From: Nitrosopumilus sp.
GTDB lineage: Archaea > Thermoproteota > Nitrososphaeria > Nitrososphaerales > Nitrosopumilaceae
DNA: 64,000 nucleotides
Direction of reading: 5' to 3'
Assembly (NCBI GenBank): GCA_963667665.2
Contig: OY763927.2
Location: 416,001-480,000, forward strand
The notes beneath the pieces were generated by a model, which saw only the letters and a list, made by a program, of their open reading frames with translations, searched no databases and was not told the DNA's origin. The number at the start of each line of letters is the position of its first letter. Position 1 is the first letter of the stretch. Below, piece after piece: positions 1-9,368 of this stretch. The position numbers and the translations under genes are program-made.

Positions 1-103
1 ACAATTTGAAAACCCAATTGTTACTGAAATTGTCCCTACTCTTACATTCTATGAGGCAGAAGAATATCATCAAAAATATTTTAAGAAACACGGATTATCA
101 TAA
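1..103 (+). CDS. msrA: Peptide methionine sulfoxide reductase MsrA, 3' end (partial)
   Basis: Frame starting at nt 2 reads [33 protein letters not shown], the MsrA C-terminal IVTEI..FY.AEEYHQ.Y motif. Confidence 0.9.
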   Translation, partial: QFENPIVTEIVPTLTFYEAEEYHQKYFKKHGLS

Positions 104-201
104 AATTACTTCAACCATTTTAAAGATCTCAAAAGCCCTAAATGTGTTTGATCGTACAATTAACTAAAACTTATCTAGTGATAATTATTGACGATTTAAT
201 A

Positions 202-993
202 GTGGAAGAAAAATTTCTTCAGATTGATGGAAATAAGATCCGTTATCTAGAGTCTGGCAATTCTAAAAAAACACTTGTACTAATTCATGGATTGGGTGCA
301 TCCGCTGAAAGATGGGATCAAGTAATTCCTCTTTTTGAAGATGAATTTCGTGTTGTAGTTCCTGATCTTATTGGGTTTGGTTATAGTGATAAACCTCTTG
401 TGGATTATACTTCTGAGTTCTTTTCAGATTTTCTACAAAAATTTTTTGTTGCATCTGATATTAAACGACCTAATCTGATTGGTTCTTCATTAGGAGGACA
501 AATATGTGCTGAATTTGCTGTTTCTCATTCTCAAGAAATTGAAAAACTTATTCTTGTTTCTCCTTCTGGAATGATGAAACAATCAACTCCTGCACTTGAT
601 GCATATATTATGGCTGCTTTATATCCGAATGAAAAAAGTGCAAAAAATGCATTTGAATTGATGGAAGGTTCTGGAAAAAATGTTAATGAATTAATTGTTA
701 ATGGATTTGTAGAAAGAATGCGATTACCTAATGCAAAACTCGCTTTCATGTCTACACTACTTGGAATAAAAAATTCTGAATTAATCACGTCTAAACTTCA
801 AACAATTTCTACTCCTACTATGATTATTTGGGGATCCAATGATCCAGTTATTCCAATTCATCATGCCGATAGTTTTGTTTCAACAATTCAGGATTGTAGA
901 TTTTTTAGAATGGATGGATGTGGTCATACACCATATGTTCAAGACCCGTACACTTTTGCTTCAAAAGTAAAGGAGTTTTTGAACGGCACTTAG
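202..993 (+). CDS. Alpha/beta-fold hydrolase; candidate PHA depolymerase or esterase
   Basis: HGLG oxyanion motif, GSSLG nucleophile elbow, WGxxD and GCGH triad motifs; likely GTG start at 202 (track ORF from 142); directly upstream of the PHA genes. Confidence 0.85.
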   Translation: MEEKFLQIDGNKIRYLESGNSKKTLVLIHGLGASAERWDQVIPLFEDEFRVVVPDLIGFGYSDKPLVDYTSEFFSDFLQKFFVASDIKRPNLIGSSLGGQICAEFAVSHSQEIEKLILVSPSGMMKQSTPALDAYIMAALYPNEKSAKNAFELMEGSGKNVNELIVNGFVERMRLPNAKLAFMSTLLGIKNSELITSKLQTISTPTMIIWGSNDPVIPIHHADSFVSTIQDCRFFRMDGCGHTPYVQDPYTFASKVKEFLNGT

Positions 994-1029
994 ATGGATT
1001 TATATACCATTTAAATCCGTTGATTACCA

Positions 1030-1455
1030 ATGAGTGGTAATAATTACCAGTATGATCCAACTGAAATGTTCAAAGACTGGATCCAAAAAAGTGGACGTGC
1101 TCAAACAGAATTTATGAAAAATTTTGGCTCTTTGATGACAAATCAAAATAGTCAAACATTCAATCCCTTGGATACTCTAAGAGAAGTTTCTGATAGTACT
1201 AGACAAACTCAATCCAATCTGATGGAAAACATGTCATCAATGCAAAGTAAAAGTATGGATACAATGTTCAACATCGCACAAATGCTTCCATCATTTATGA
1301 ATTGGGGTGCTTACAAAACTACTATCAGTAGTAATGGAAGAATCTCAATCCCTGAAGCTGAACGTAATGCACTTGGCTTAGGAGATGGTGACTTGGTTCA
1401 AGTCATTATCTTGCCAATAGCAAAAAAATCAAAAAATAAGGAGGTGAAACAATGA
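1030..1455 (+). CDS. phaR: AbrB/SpoVT-domain regulator, archaeal PhaR-like
   Basis: C-terminal TTISSNGRISIPEAERNALGLGDGDLVQV is an AbrB fold; Gln/Met-rich helical N-terminus; ATGA-coupled to the phasin, as in haloarchaeal phaRP. Confidence 0.7.
   Translation: MSGNNYQYDPTEMFKDWIQKSGRAQTEFMKNFGSLMTNQNSQTFNPLDTLREVSDSTRQTQSNLMENMSSMQSKSMDTMFNIAQMLPSFMNWGAYKTTISSNGRISIPEAERNALGLGDGDLVQVIILPIAKKSKNKEVKQ
1441..1447 (+). promoter_or_regulatory. Shine-Dalgarno GAGGTGA for phaP
   Basis: GAGGTGA 4 nt upstream of ATG 1452. Confidence 0.7.
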
Positions 1456-1886
1456 GTAACAAAACAACAACAACAACAACAAGAAATTCAAAAGATATAT
1501 TTTCTGTATATCAGCAAAATGTAGACAAACTATTCAATGGTATTAAACAATCAGTACCACAATATCATCAGTCAATTACTAATGTACAACAGGAATACCT
1601 ACAAGCATATGAAAACATAGTTGATTCAACTATCACACTACAAAAAGAATATGCAAAGAAAGCAGGTATCGCAACTAACATTCCTGAAGCAACATTAAAA
1701 GTAATTCATGATACAACTGAAGAATTTGTCAAGGCAGCTTCTATACAAAATCAAGTAGCACTTGCAACTATCGATGCAACACAACAAAACATCAAAACTT
1801 TCAACGATAATGCAAAATCATTCGCTGACCTAAACAGAAATATTCTACAATCTTGGATTTCTGCATTCACCACAAAGAATAACTAG
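1452..1886 (+). CDS. phaP: Phasin-like PHA granule-associated protein
   Basis: Amphipathic Q/T/A/N-rich helical 144-aa protein lying between the AbrB regulator and phaC. Confidence 0.65.
   Translation: MSNKTTTTTTRNSKDIFSVYQQNVDKLFNGIKQSVPQYHQSITNVQQEYLQAYENIVDSTITLQKEYAKKAGIATNIPEATLKVIHDTTEEFVKAASIQNQVALATIDATQQNIKTFNDNAKSFADLNRNILQSWISAFTTKNN
1464..1481 (+). repeat. (ACA)6 microsatellite encoding poly-Thr
   Basis: acaacaacaacaacaaca at the phaP 5' end. Confidence 0.8.
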
Positions 1887-1893
1887 TGGTAAA

Positions 1894-1918
1894 TTTTTTT
1901 CTTTTTTTATTTTTTTTA
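1894..1918 (+). terminator. Poly-T archaeal terminator after phaP
   Basis: Three T-runs in the gap between convergent phaP and phaC. Confidence 0.6.
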
Positions 1919-1928
1919 TAAAATTAAT

Positions 1929-2993
1929 TTATGATCTTTTAGCTAACCATTGTCCTAGTTCTGGAAGCACTTTTTTCTGAGAAAGTGAACTTGCAATCAT
2001 TCCAACATGCCCTGTTGGGTACATTCTCAATGTTTTATCTTCACTGCCTACTGCATAATGTAGTGGCATACTACATTCCGGTGATACCAAATGATCTCCT
2101 ACTGCGACCTGTGTAAAAAGTGGCATGTCTATTTTTTTCAAATCTATGTGATTTCCTCCTACGAACATCTTGTTTTGAATGAGTAAATTATCTTGATAGA
2201 TGTCTTTAATCCACTGTTTGAATAATGCACCAGGAATGGGAGGTGTGTCACTTAGCCATTTTTCCACTCTGAGGAAACTATCAACATATTTTTTATTATC
2301 TATATTTTTGAAAAATTTGACATATTTTTCAATTCCTTGCTCAAATGGTTTGAGAACTGAAAAACAATAATACATGAATTCGGGAGGCATATTTCCAATT
2401 GTTTCTACCATTTTATCTACATCCATGTGTTTTGCAAGATTGCTAATTACTGTAGTATCACGCCATCCATCAATGACTGGAGCAGTTGCAACATAGTTTT
2501 TTACACTTTCTGGATGCAATGAAATGTATGCAGTTGCTATTGTTCCACCAGTGCAATATCCTTGCAATGAAATTTTCTCAACAGATGATTCATTTTTGAT
2601 ATATTCTACATAAGAATCCAAATATCCATTTACATAATCATCAAAATCTAGATACTTGTCCATACTAGTTGGAGTTCCCCAGTCTAACATGTATACATCA
2701 AATCCTTGTTGTAAAAGATTTCTAACCCAACTTTTTTCTGGATGAATATCAAGTATGTGATATCTGTTGATTAATGCATATGAAATCAATAATGGTGTTT
2801 TATGTTGTTTTTCTGTTAGAGATCTATAATGTAATAGTCTTGTTTTATCCATTTCCTGCACAACGTCATGTGGTGTTACCTCTAAACTAATTTCATCAGG
2901 TGCTGGAACTAAATTTGGTGCATCAATAACATTTTTACTGAATTTTAAAATCTCTTCAATTATTTTTGGGTCTATTTTTGATTCAGGCTGCAT
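1929..2993 (-). CDS. phaC: Class III PHA synthase subunit PhaC
   Basis: TPLLISYALINRYHILD, DVYMLDWG, lipase box GYCTGG, GDHLV and TGHVG catalytic motifs. Confidence 0.95.
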   Translation of the reverse strand: MQPESKIDPKIIEEILKFSKNVIDAPNLVPAPDEISLEVTPHDVVQEMDKTRLLHYRSLTEKQHKTPLLISYALINRYHILDIHPEKSWVRNLLQQGFDVYMLDWGTPTSMDKYLDFDDYVNGYLDSYVEYIKNESSVEKISLQGYCTGGTIATAYISLHPESVKNYVATAPVIDGWRDTTVISNLAKHMDVDKMVETIGNMPPEFMYYCFSVLKPFEQGIEKYVKFFKNIDNKKYVDSFLRVEKWLSDTPPIPGALFKQWIKDIYQDNLLIQNKMFVGGNHIDLKKIDMPLFTQVAVGDHLVSPECSMPLHYAVGSEDKTLRMYPTGHVGMIASSLSQKKVLPELGQWLAKRS

Positions 2994-3561
2994 TATTTTT
3001 TGGTTCCTTTTTCTTTAATTCTAACTCTAACTTTCCAACTCTCTTTTTAAGAGAATGAATTTCTTTGTATACTTCATCCATCTCTTCTTTACTTGAAAGA
3101 TTAGCTGATTGTAAAATTACATTAGTGATATTATTCCAATGTTTTGTTAATTCAAGCTCTTTTGAAACTAGTTTTCCATAATTTTCACCAAATTTTTTAG
3201 AATCAAATAATTCTGTAAAATCATTATCAAAAATATCTATCCAAATTCTTTTGAATGCCTCTATTTGCTCTACATCTTGAGGAACATCCGGGGCTTTTAG
3301 ATTGACTTTTTTTTGTGCAACAGTCCAAGTGTCTGAAAGTTGTTTGTAATATTCTGTGAGGTATTGACTAAATCCCACTAATACCTCATTAATGTCAATT
3401 AATTCAGTAGTGATTTTTTTTGAATTTGCAGCAAATGCTCTCATTGGACCAATTGATGTTAGTGCTTGTGGTTTACTTGACATCAAATGAATGATATCTG
3501 TCCAAAAAAGCGACAAATGCTTGTAATAATCGGTCATAGTTTTGGGTGATTCTGGTTGCAC
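2983..3561 (-). CDS. phaE: Class III PHA synthase subunit PhaE
   Basis: C-terminal NLSSKEEMDEVYKEIHSLKKRV PhaE-box; overlaps the phaC start. Confidence 0.85.
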   Translation of the reverse strand: MQPESPKTMTDYYKHLSLFWTDIIHLMSSKPQALTSIGPMRAFAANSKKITTELIDINEVLVGFSQYLTEYYKQLSDTWTVAQKKVNLKAPDVPQDVEQIEAFKRIWIDIFDNDFTELFDSKKFGENYGKLVSKELELTKHWNNITNVILQSANLSSKEEMDEVYKEIHSLKKRVGKLELELKKKEPKNNAA

Positions 3562-3614
3562 AGATTTCTATTGATACAGATCGCAATAAATAGATCGATT
3601 GTTTAATTAGACAA

Positions 3615-4007
3615 ATGGTAGATGTAGAAAAACTTGAAAAAATCTGCCAAAAAATCATTAAATTAGATCCTAAGATGCGTTCAGCTAGGATCATCAACAG
3701 TAGAGGTCATATGATATCTGGTGGAATGAAGAAGGGCTTACTCTCACTTGAAGCCCAAAAACAAGATGAAATGATGTTCATGGAACTTTCTTTACGTGTG
3801 AGAATGAGACATGAATTTGATAATGAATTTGGTATAGTTCACTTTTCCATGTCATATAGAGACAAAGTCATTGTAATGAGTTTCCCATTAACTAATGATG
3901 ATGTAATGTTGGTATCCTGTGAAAAAGAAACTGATTTTGGTAAACTCTCCTTTAAAATTCTTAAAATTATTGAACCTCTAAAAAAATCCCCAATGAAGAC
4001 ATTCTAA
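3615..4007 (+). CDS. Thaumarchaeal roadblock/LC7-like protein (DUF6659-type)
   Basis: DPKMRSARIINSRG..GG and FMELSLRVRMRHEFD motifs; paralog at 46140. Confidence 0.7.
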   Translation: MVDVEKLEKICQKIIKLDPKMRSARIINSRGHMISGGMKKGLLSLEAQKQDEMMFMELSLRVRMRHEFDNEFGIVHFSMSYRDKVIVMSFPLTNDDVMLVSCEKETDFGKLSFKILKIIEPLKKSPMKTF

Positions 4008-4915
4008 TCATTAAGCATTTTTCTCAATCCTGCGCATCTGTTTCTTATAGTCACTTCCGTAACTCCAGATGCAATTGAGATATCTTTCTGTGATTTTGTT
4101 TCTCCTATACTAATACATGCAAGATAAAGTGCAGCAGCAGCTATTCCCATTGGATCTTTTCCTGCAACAATACCACATTTTTTTGCTTGATTTAAAATTT
4201 GAATTGCTTTTCGCTTGCATTTTTCACTTAGTTCTGCAATACTTGCAATTCTAGAAATTCCTTTTACTGGATCAACTACTGGCATTTTTAGATCAAGTTC
4301 TCTGAAAATTAATCTATAACCTCTAGCAACTTCTTTTCTTCTAATGTTGATTCCATTAGCAATATCATCTAATGTTCTTGGAGTTTCAGTATTTCTACAT
4401 GATGCATAAATGCATGCTGCAACTAATCCTTGAATTGAACGACCTCTAACTAATTTTCTCTCCATTGCTTTTCTGTAAATGTATGCGGCTTTCTCAATTA
4501 CTGCATTTGTTAATGCAAGTTTATCTTTTAATTTATCCATTTCATTAAGTGCTTGTCTAAGGTTTCTGTCTGCAGAAGAATTTGCTTGTGATCTACTGTC
4601 CCATGTTCTTAATCTTTCAATAGAACTTTTTACACCCGAAGATAGGGGTTTTCCTGTTGCATCTTTGTTAGCTTTACCAATTATTGTAGATAAGCCCATG
4701 TCGTGTATTGTTAATGAAGTTCCTGCCCCTGTTCTCGCCCTGTTACTTTCATCATTTGAAAATGAACGCCATTCTGCACCTGTGTCTGAAATTTTATCAG
4801 TAACTACAAATCCACATCTTCCACAACACAATTCCCCTGTGGTCTCATCTGAGACCATTTTACTGCCTCCACATGATGGACATTTTGGCCCAGATACTGT
4901 AGTATTTTTAAGCAT
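4004..4915 (-). CDS. tfb: Transcription initiation factor IIB (TFB)
   Basis: Zn ribbon CPSC..CGRC, EWRSF B-reader, two cyclin repeats ending GVTEVTIRNR. Confidence 0.97.
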   Translation of the reverse strand: MLKNTTVSGPKCPSCGGSKMVSDETTGELCCGRCGFVVTDKISDTGAEWRSFSNDESNRARTGAGTSLTIHDMGLSTIIGKANKDATGKPLSSGVKSSIERLRTWDSRSQANSSADRNLRQALNEMDKLKDKLALTNAVIEKAAYIYRKAMERKLVRGRSIQGLVAACIYASCRNTETPRTLDDIANGINIRRKEVARGYRLIFRELDLKMPVVDPVKGISRIASIAELSEKCKRKAIQILNQAKKCGIVAGKDPMGIAAAALYLACISIGETKSQKDISIASGVTEVTIRNRCAGLRKMLND

Positions 4916-5036
4916 AATTACAAAAAATGATGCGTAACCCTATTATCCGTTTTACCTAATTTCCTCAGGTTATTGGTATGTAGGTAAAGCTAACCCTGAT
5001 TCTAATTTTTTAGAATGTGATCTAATTTTTCTAAAT

Positions 5037-6473
5037 TTAACTTAGAAGGCAATATGCATACGATGGGGTATATGATGGGTACATGATGTTATTTTTCTCT
5101 GTTACATGTTTCAGACCTATAGAATGTCCTAATTCATGTGTCATGATTGCATCCACACTTTTTATATCATATAATTGAAAACTTCCATCACAATTGTAAT
5201 CTCCTAATGTTACTTCTACAACTCCCTTTCCAATGTGTGCATGCCCTAGAACTCCTTCTCCAAGATCTCTAACTACCCATGTTACCCAAACATTTGCTTC
5301 ATGTTTCAAATTAATAATCTCAAATTTCATTTTGGCTTTTTGATTATTAGTACTCAATTCTTGTTCTTCCCAAAATGCAAAAGAATTCTCTAGTGTACTG
5401 ACATGATCTAATGGAAGTCCAGTTGGTTGATCATTGATGAATACTTTGTAGTAGATAATGACTGTTCCATTAACTATTTCATATGTTGGATCAGGAAATT
5501 TTGCAGATGCTTTTTTGACTTCCTCTTCAAAATTCCATTTTACATAGTCTCTAAGGAATTTTTTTATTACATCTTGGCTAGGATTTGGAAATTCAATGTA
5601 TCTAGTCTCCATGGAAATATTTTTTGAAATGTCTCTGAGATATTTTTCAAAATAGTAAAACTCTTGATCTAATTGTTCTTGTGATTGAGTTATCTCTTGA
5701 ACATTGACAACAATTAATCCATTTTCTATTAAATATTGTATGCCTGAAACAAATGCAGTGTCATCAATTTGTTCGTCTGCCCACCATCCTGCATTATTTT
5801 TTATCCATTCAGGAATTCTATCATCTGAAACACTCTGAGTTTCTACTGGTGGAATTTGTATTATTTTATTTTCTATTAAATATAGCAAAGCAGAAATAAA
5901 TTCTACATCATCAATATTTCCTTCTGACCACCATTTTGCTATGGGTTTTACCCATTCAGGTATGGTAGTAGGATATTCTTTTTCTAATCCTTTCGGCTTT
6001 TCAGTTGATGTATACGGATATTTCAAAATTACTTTTTCGACGAATTCTTTATAGTTTTTAATTACCGTACTGTCTGGTTTTTCTTCTAGTGCCTTATCAA
6101 AATATGATATTGATTCTTGATATTCACCTAAATTTCCAAATCCCACTCCCATACCTGTTAATGAAGTAACATCATTTGGTCTGTATTGTAGTACTTTGAA
6201 AAACTGCTTTAATGACTTGTCATGTTCTTCAAGATTACTATGCACTATTCCTTTCATTTTCAGAGTTGAAATATTGTTTGGTGCAATCTCTAAAATATCA
6301 TCATAGATTACAATGGCTTGTTTGTATTCCCCATTAACAAAGTGGTTATTGGCTTGATTAAACATTAGCTCTGCATCTTCGTTTGTTTGTGCAAATACTA
6401 TTCCTGTAAAAATGGATGAACTCAACAAAACTATGGTTAACAAATTAGGAATTGTCATTGTATCTTTTTTCAT
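5037..6473 (-). CDS. Secreted TPR + thaumarchaeal-repeat matrixin (M10-like) metalloprotease
   Basis: Signal peptide, TPRs, two IPEW.K..A.WW repeats, HELGHSIGLKH zinc site and IMYP Met-turn. Confidence 0.85.
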   Translation of the reverse strand: MKKDTMTIPNLLTIVLLSSSIFTGIVFAQTNEDAELMFNQANNHFVNGEYKQAIVIYDDILEIAPNNISTLKMKGIVHSNLEEHDKSLKQFFKVLQYRPNDVTSLTGMGVGFGNLGEYQESISYFDKALEEKPDSTVIKNYKEFVEKVILKYPYTSTEKPKGLEKEYPTTIPEWVKPIAKWWSEGNIDDVEFISALLYLIENKIIQIPPVETQSVSDDRIPEWIKNNAGWWADEQIDDTAFVSGIQYLIENGLIVVNVQEITQSQEQLDQEFYYFEKYLRDISKNISMETRYIEFPNPSQDVIKKFLRDYVKWNFEEEVKKASAKFPDPTYEIVNGTVIIYYKVFINDQPTGLPLDHVSTLENSFAFWEEQELSTNNQKAKMKFEIINLKHEANVWVTWVVRDLGEGVLGHAHIGKGVVEVTLGDYNCDGSFQLYDIKSVDAIMTHELGHSIGLKHVTEKNNIMYPSYTPSYAYCLLS

Positions 6474-6595
6474 GTTTATGATTTTAGATATAGTTTATTT
6501 CTATTTTATACTAAATTCAGGCTCACATTTACTAACTTTAACAATATCTGGCTATTGGACAATCTTTAATTTATTCATAATTACGTATTTTTGTA

Positions 6596-6919
6596 TTGAC
6601 CACAATTGGATCTGAAGAGTTAATCTATGACTTGCGTAAAAAAATTCAACAGATTCAAGTGGATTTGAATCAATTGGGTGATCCTGTATCTGAAATACCG
6701 GAATTGATTTCTTCAGCAAATCTACTACGTGCAAATGAATATCTATCACAGGCAAATGAAAAGAAAACTGAACTATTGACAATATATGCTCAGTATTCAA
6801 CTGCACTGGAAAAACTGCTTTCGTCTGTTTTTGAAATTCAAAACGATCTAAAAGATATACTAAAACATCAATCTTCTATGATTTCTAAAACAAAAAAAAA
6901 GATCAAGAATAAAAAATAA
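6596..6919 (+). CDS. Hypothetical coiled-coil protein
   Basis: 107-aa helical ORF filling the gap between genes. Confidence 0.7.
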   Translation: MTTIGSEELIYDLRKKIQQIQVDLNQLGDPVSEIPELISSANLLRANEYLSQANEKKTELLTIYAQYSTALEKLLSSVFEIQNDLKDILKHQSSMISKTKKKIKNKK

Positions 6920-6942
6920 ATCCAGAATTACCAAAAGATAAC

Positions 6943-7953
6943 CTATTTTGACAAATGAACAATATCCCCTGCAATTATTCTAATGATTTTATTATTTTCA
7001 AATACAAGTAATGCTCCATCCTCATCAATTTTAATTGCTTTTCCTTTAATTTTTCCATCACTGGTATCTAATTCTACATTCTTTCCAATTGTTGATGATC
7101 TTTTAGTCCATTCTGAAATAATTTTCTTTGTTTGTTTTGTATTTAATAAATCATAAATCTTTTCTAATTCCACAAAAAATGCCTGGACTAACTGAATTGG
7201 TTTGACTTTATTTTTTTGTTCAGAAAGTGATGCCACGCCATAAAAATTTGGTGACCCTTTGAGTGTTTTTTCAATCTGTTTTACATCTACATCAAAATTT
7301 ATTCCTACACCCAAAACTAGATTTTCAATTCTGTTTGATTCTAGTGATACATCAACTAACATTCCTGCTATTTTTTTGCCTGTTATGGTCAAGTCATTTG
7401 GCCATTTTAATTCAGGTGAAATTTTTAATGTTTTTTCTAATGCATTTGATAATGCTAGCGCTGATGCAATAGGAAATAGAGTTGTAATAGAAATATCAAA
7501 CTTTGGTTGTAAAATTATTGAAAGCCAAATCCCTCCTTTAGGAGAAATCCATTTTCTTCCGGATCTTCCTTTTCCTCCTGTTTGCTTTGTTGCAATTATT
7601 ACTGCTCCATTATTTGCAGGGTCATCAGCCATTTTTAATGCCTGATTTTGAGTAGAATCAATTGAATCAAAATAATATGCCTGTTGTCCTATTACCTTTG
7701 TTTTCAGTTCCGAAGTAATTTCCCATGGAAAAAGAATATCTGAGTTTGATGTTAATTTGTATCCTAGTTTCTGTTTTGACTCCACAGTGTATCCCAACTC
7801 TTGAATTTTTTTGATATGTTTCCACACTGCAACTCTACTTATCCTTAAGACATCACTCAAATCTTGACCAGACAGATATTCTGTATTGTGCGATTGTAAA
7901 AATGAAAGAACTTTGACAAATCCTGGGTTATCAAACGAATTATACATCAACAA
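6943..7953 (-). CDS. birA: Bifunctional biotin ligase/repressor BirA
   Basis: N-terminal HTH (SRVAVWKHI), QTGGKGRSGRKW, KWPND, KIAGML, GVGIN. Confidence 0.95.
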   Translation of the reverse strand: MLMYNSFDNPGFVKVLSFLQSHNTEYLSGQDLSDVLRISRVAVWKHIKKIQELGYTVESKQKLGYKLTSNSDILFPWEITSELKTKVIGQQAYYFDSIDSTQNQALKMADDPANNGAVIIATKQTGGKGRSGRKWISPKGGIWLSIILQPKFDISITTLFPIASALALSNALEKTLKISPELKWPNDLTITGKKIAGMLVDVSLESNRIENLVLGVGINFDVDVKQIEKTLKGSPNFYGVASLSEQKNKVKPIQLVQAFFVELEKIYDLLNTKQTKKIISEWTKRSSTIGKNVELDTSDGKIKGKAIKIDEDGALLVFENNKIIRIIAGDIVHLSK

Positions 7954-8022
7954 TGATCAATTTTTACTTCAAGTATAAAACACACACTAGAATCAAACAT
8001 CCACTTCTCTCTAATTGTTGAC

Positions 8023-8472
8023 TTAATCCCAACTTTTTGGCATACTTTCTGCTGGAACATAGTCTGACATTGCCATACCAATCATTTCAAATGTCTCCGA
8101 AAAGATCATCATATCCATTATTCCAAAGAATATCATCATAGGATAAAGTGATTTATTCTCATCCATGAATCGTTTCAGATTTTCTTTGTCTTCTGTTTTA
8201 TATAATATTGATATTTGATTCCACTTTGTTTTTAATTCATTCACTTGATTGTTTATTTCCTTGTAGCCTTTCTCGGTAATGCTAATTTCTATTTTTATTC
8301 CTAAGAATCCTTTTTTTTCTTCTACTTTAACAGACCCTCTTTTTTCTAACTGATCTAATATTGGCTCCAATTCTTTAGGATCAATATGCCTTATTTTTTG
8401 AATTTTTTCAAATTTTTTAATTCCTGCTTTAATTGCCCCTAAAACTATCATCTCTTTGGATTCGGTATTCAT
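8023..8472 (-). CDS. Winged-helix protein with Met-rich C-terminus
   Basis: wHTH-like segment (LDQLEKRG..ITEKG) followed by a Met-rich hydrophobic tail. Confidence 0.65.
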   Translation of the reverse strand: MNTESKEMIVLGAIKAGIKKFEKIQKIRHIDPKELEPILDQLEKRGSVKVEEKKGFLGIKIEISITEKGYKEINNQVNELKTKWNQISILYKTEDKENLKRFMDENKSLYPMMIFFGIMDMMIFSETFEMIGMAMSDYVPAESMPKSWD

Positions 8473-8557
8473 ATTGACTTGATTTTACTATGACTAAAAA
8501 ATTCTTTGTTTAATTTTAATACTTTAAAATTATATTCTGCATGTTTGTTTACCTTTT

Positions 8558-8971
8558 ATGGAACAAGATGAACACTCTGATGAAGAAATTCGCAATATTC
8601 TTTCCTTAAAAAAAGTGGTTGTTATAGGAATGTCTAAACATTCCTCCAAAGCAGCTCATTATGTGCCTAAATATTTGTCTGATAATGGATATGATATTAC
8701 TCCTGTAAATCCAACAACTAACGAAATTTTAGATAAAAAATGCTATAATTCTGTTTCAGAAATAACTGAAGAAATAGACATTGTAGATATATTCAGACCT
8801 TCAGACCAAGTTCTACCCGTTATTCAAGAGGCTATAAAGAAAAAACCAAAAGTGATTTGGTTGCAAAAGGGAATTCATAATTCTAAAGCTGAAGAATTAG
8901 CAAGAAAAGAAGGAATCAAAGTTGTATACAACCGATGTATGTTAGCAGAACATCAGAGACTGTTGAGATGA
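8558..8971 (+). CDS. CoA-binding protein (YccU-like)
   Basis: VIGMS, PVNP, IDIVDIFR, IWLQ.GI, YNRC motifs. Confidence 0.9.
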   Translation: MEQDEHSDEEIRNILSLKKVVVIGMSKHSSKAAHYVPKYLSDNGYDITPVNPTTNEILDKKCYNSVSEITEEIDIVDIFRPSDQVLPVIQEAIKKKPKVIWLQKGIHNSKAEELARKEGIKVVYNRCMLAEHQRLLR

Positions 8972-9327
8972 CAAACTTTGAAAATTTTTATAATGATTTA
9001 CTTGATTTAGCAAAAAAATATGAACTGCAAAACACTCCTCTAAAAATTGAAAACGATCTTGAAAATGATATTATCAAAATATTTGGTGAAAAAATTACAT
9101 CTATATCTAGAGCAAAAAATGGTCTTAATGATGTAGCCGAACTTGCATATGCTACAGCTGAGCATCATCCATATTGGAATTTACTGTACAATTGCTCAGA
9201 AATTGCAAGTAGTGTTTTAGAAAAATGGAAAGAATCCCTATCTAGAGATGATTTATCTGATATTGAATGGGCCATCAAAGAACTAAATCAATCCCTTGAA
9301 AAAATTAAAAATAAAAATCCTGCCTAA
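8968..9327 (+). CDS. Hypothetical protein
   Basis: ATG 8968 overlaps the upstream stop (ATGA); helical ORF. Confidence 0.75.
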   Translation: MTNFENFYNDLLDLAKKYELQNTPLKIENDLENDIIKIFGEKITSISRAKNGLNDVAELAYATAEHHPYWNLLYNCSEIASSVLEKWKESLSRDDLSDIEWAIKELNQSLEKIKNKNPA

Positions 9328-9368
9328 TTCCTAGGCAGAGATAAATATTCTAAACTAGTAATTATGGT

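Noticed and set aside
4479-4937. Long antisense ORFs such as 4479-4937, 7259-7645, 54622-55158 and 59346-59705
   Set aside because: Shadow frames of confidently identified genes on the opposite strand.
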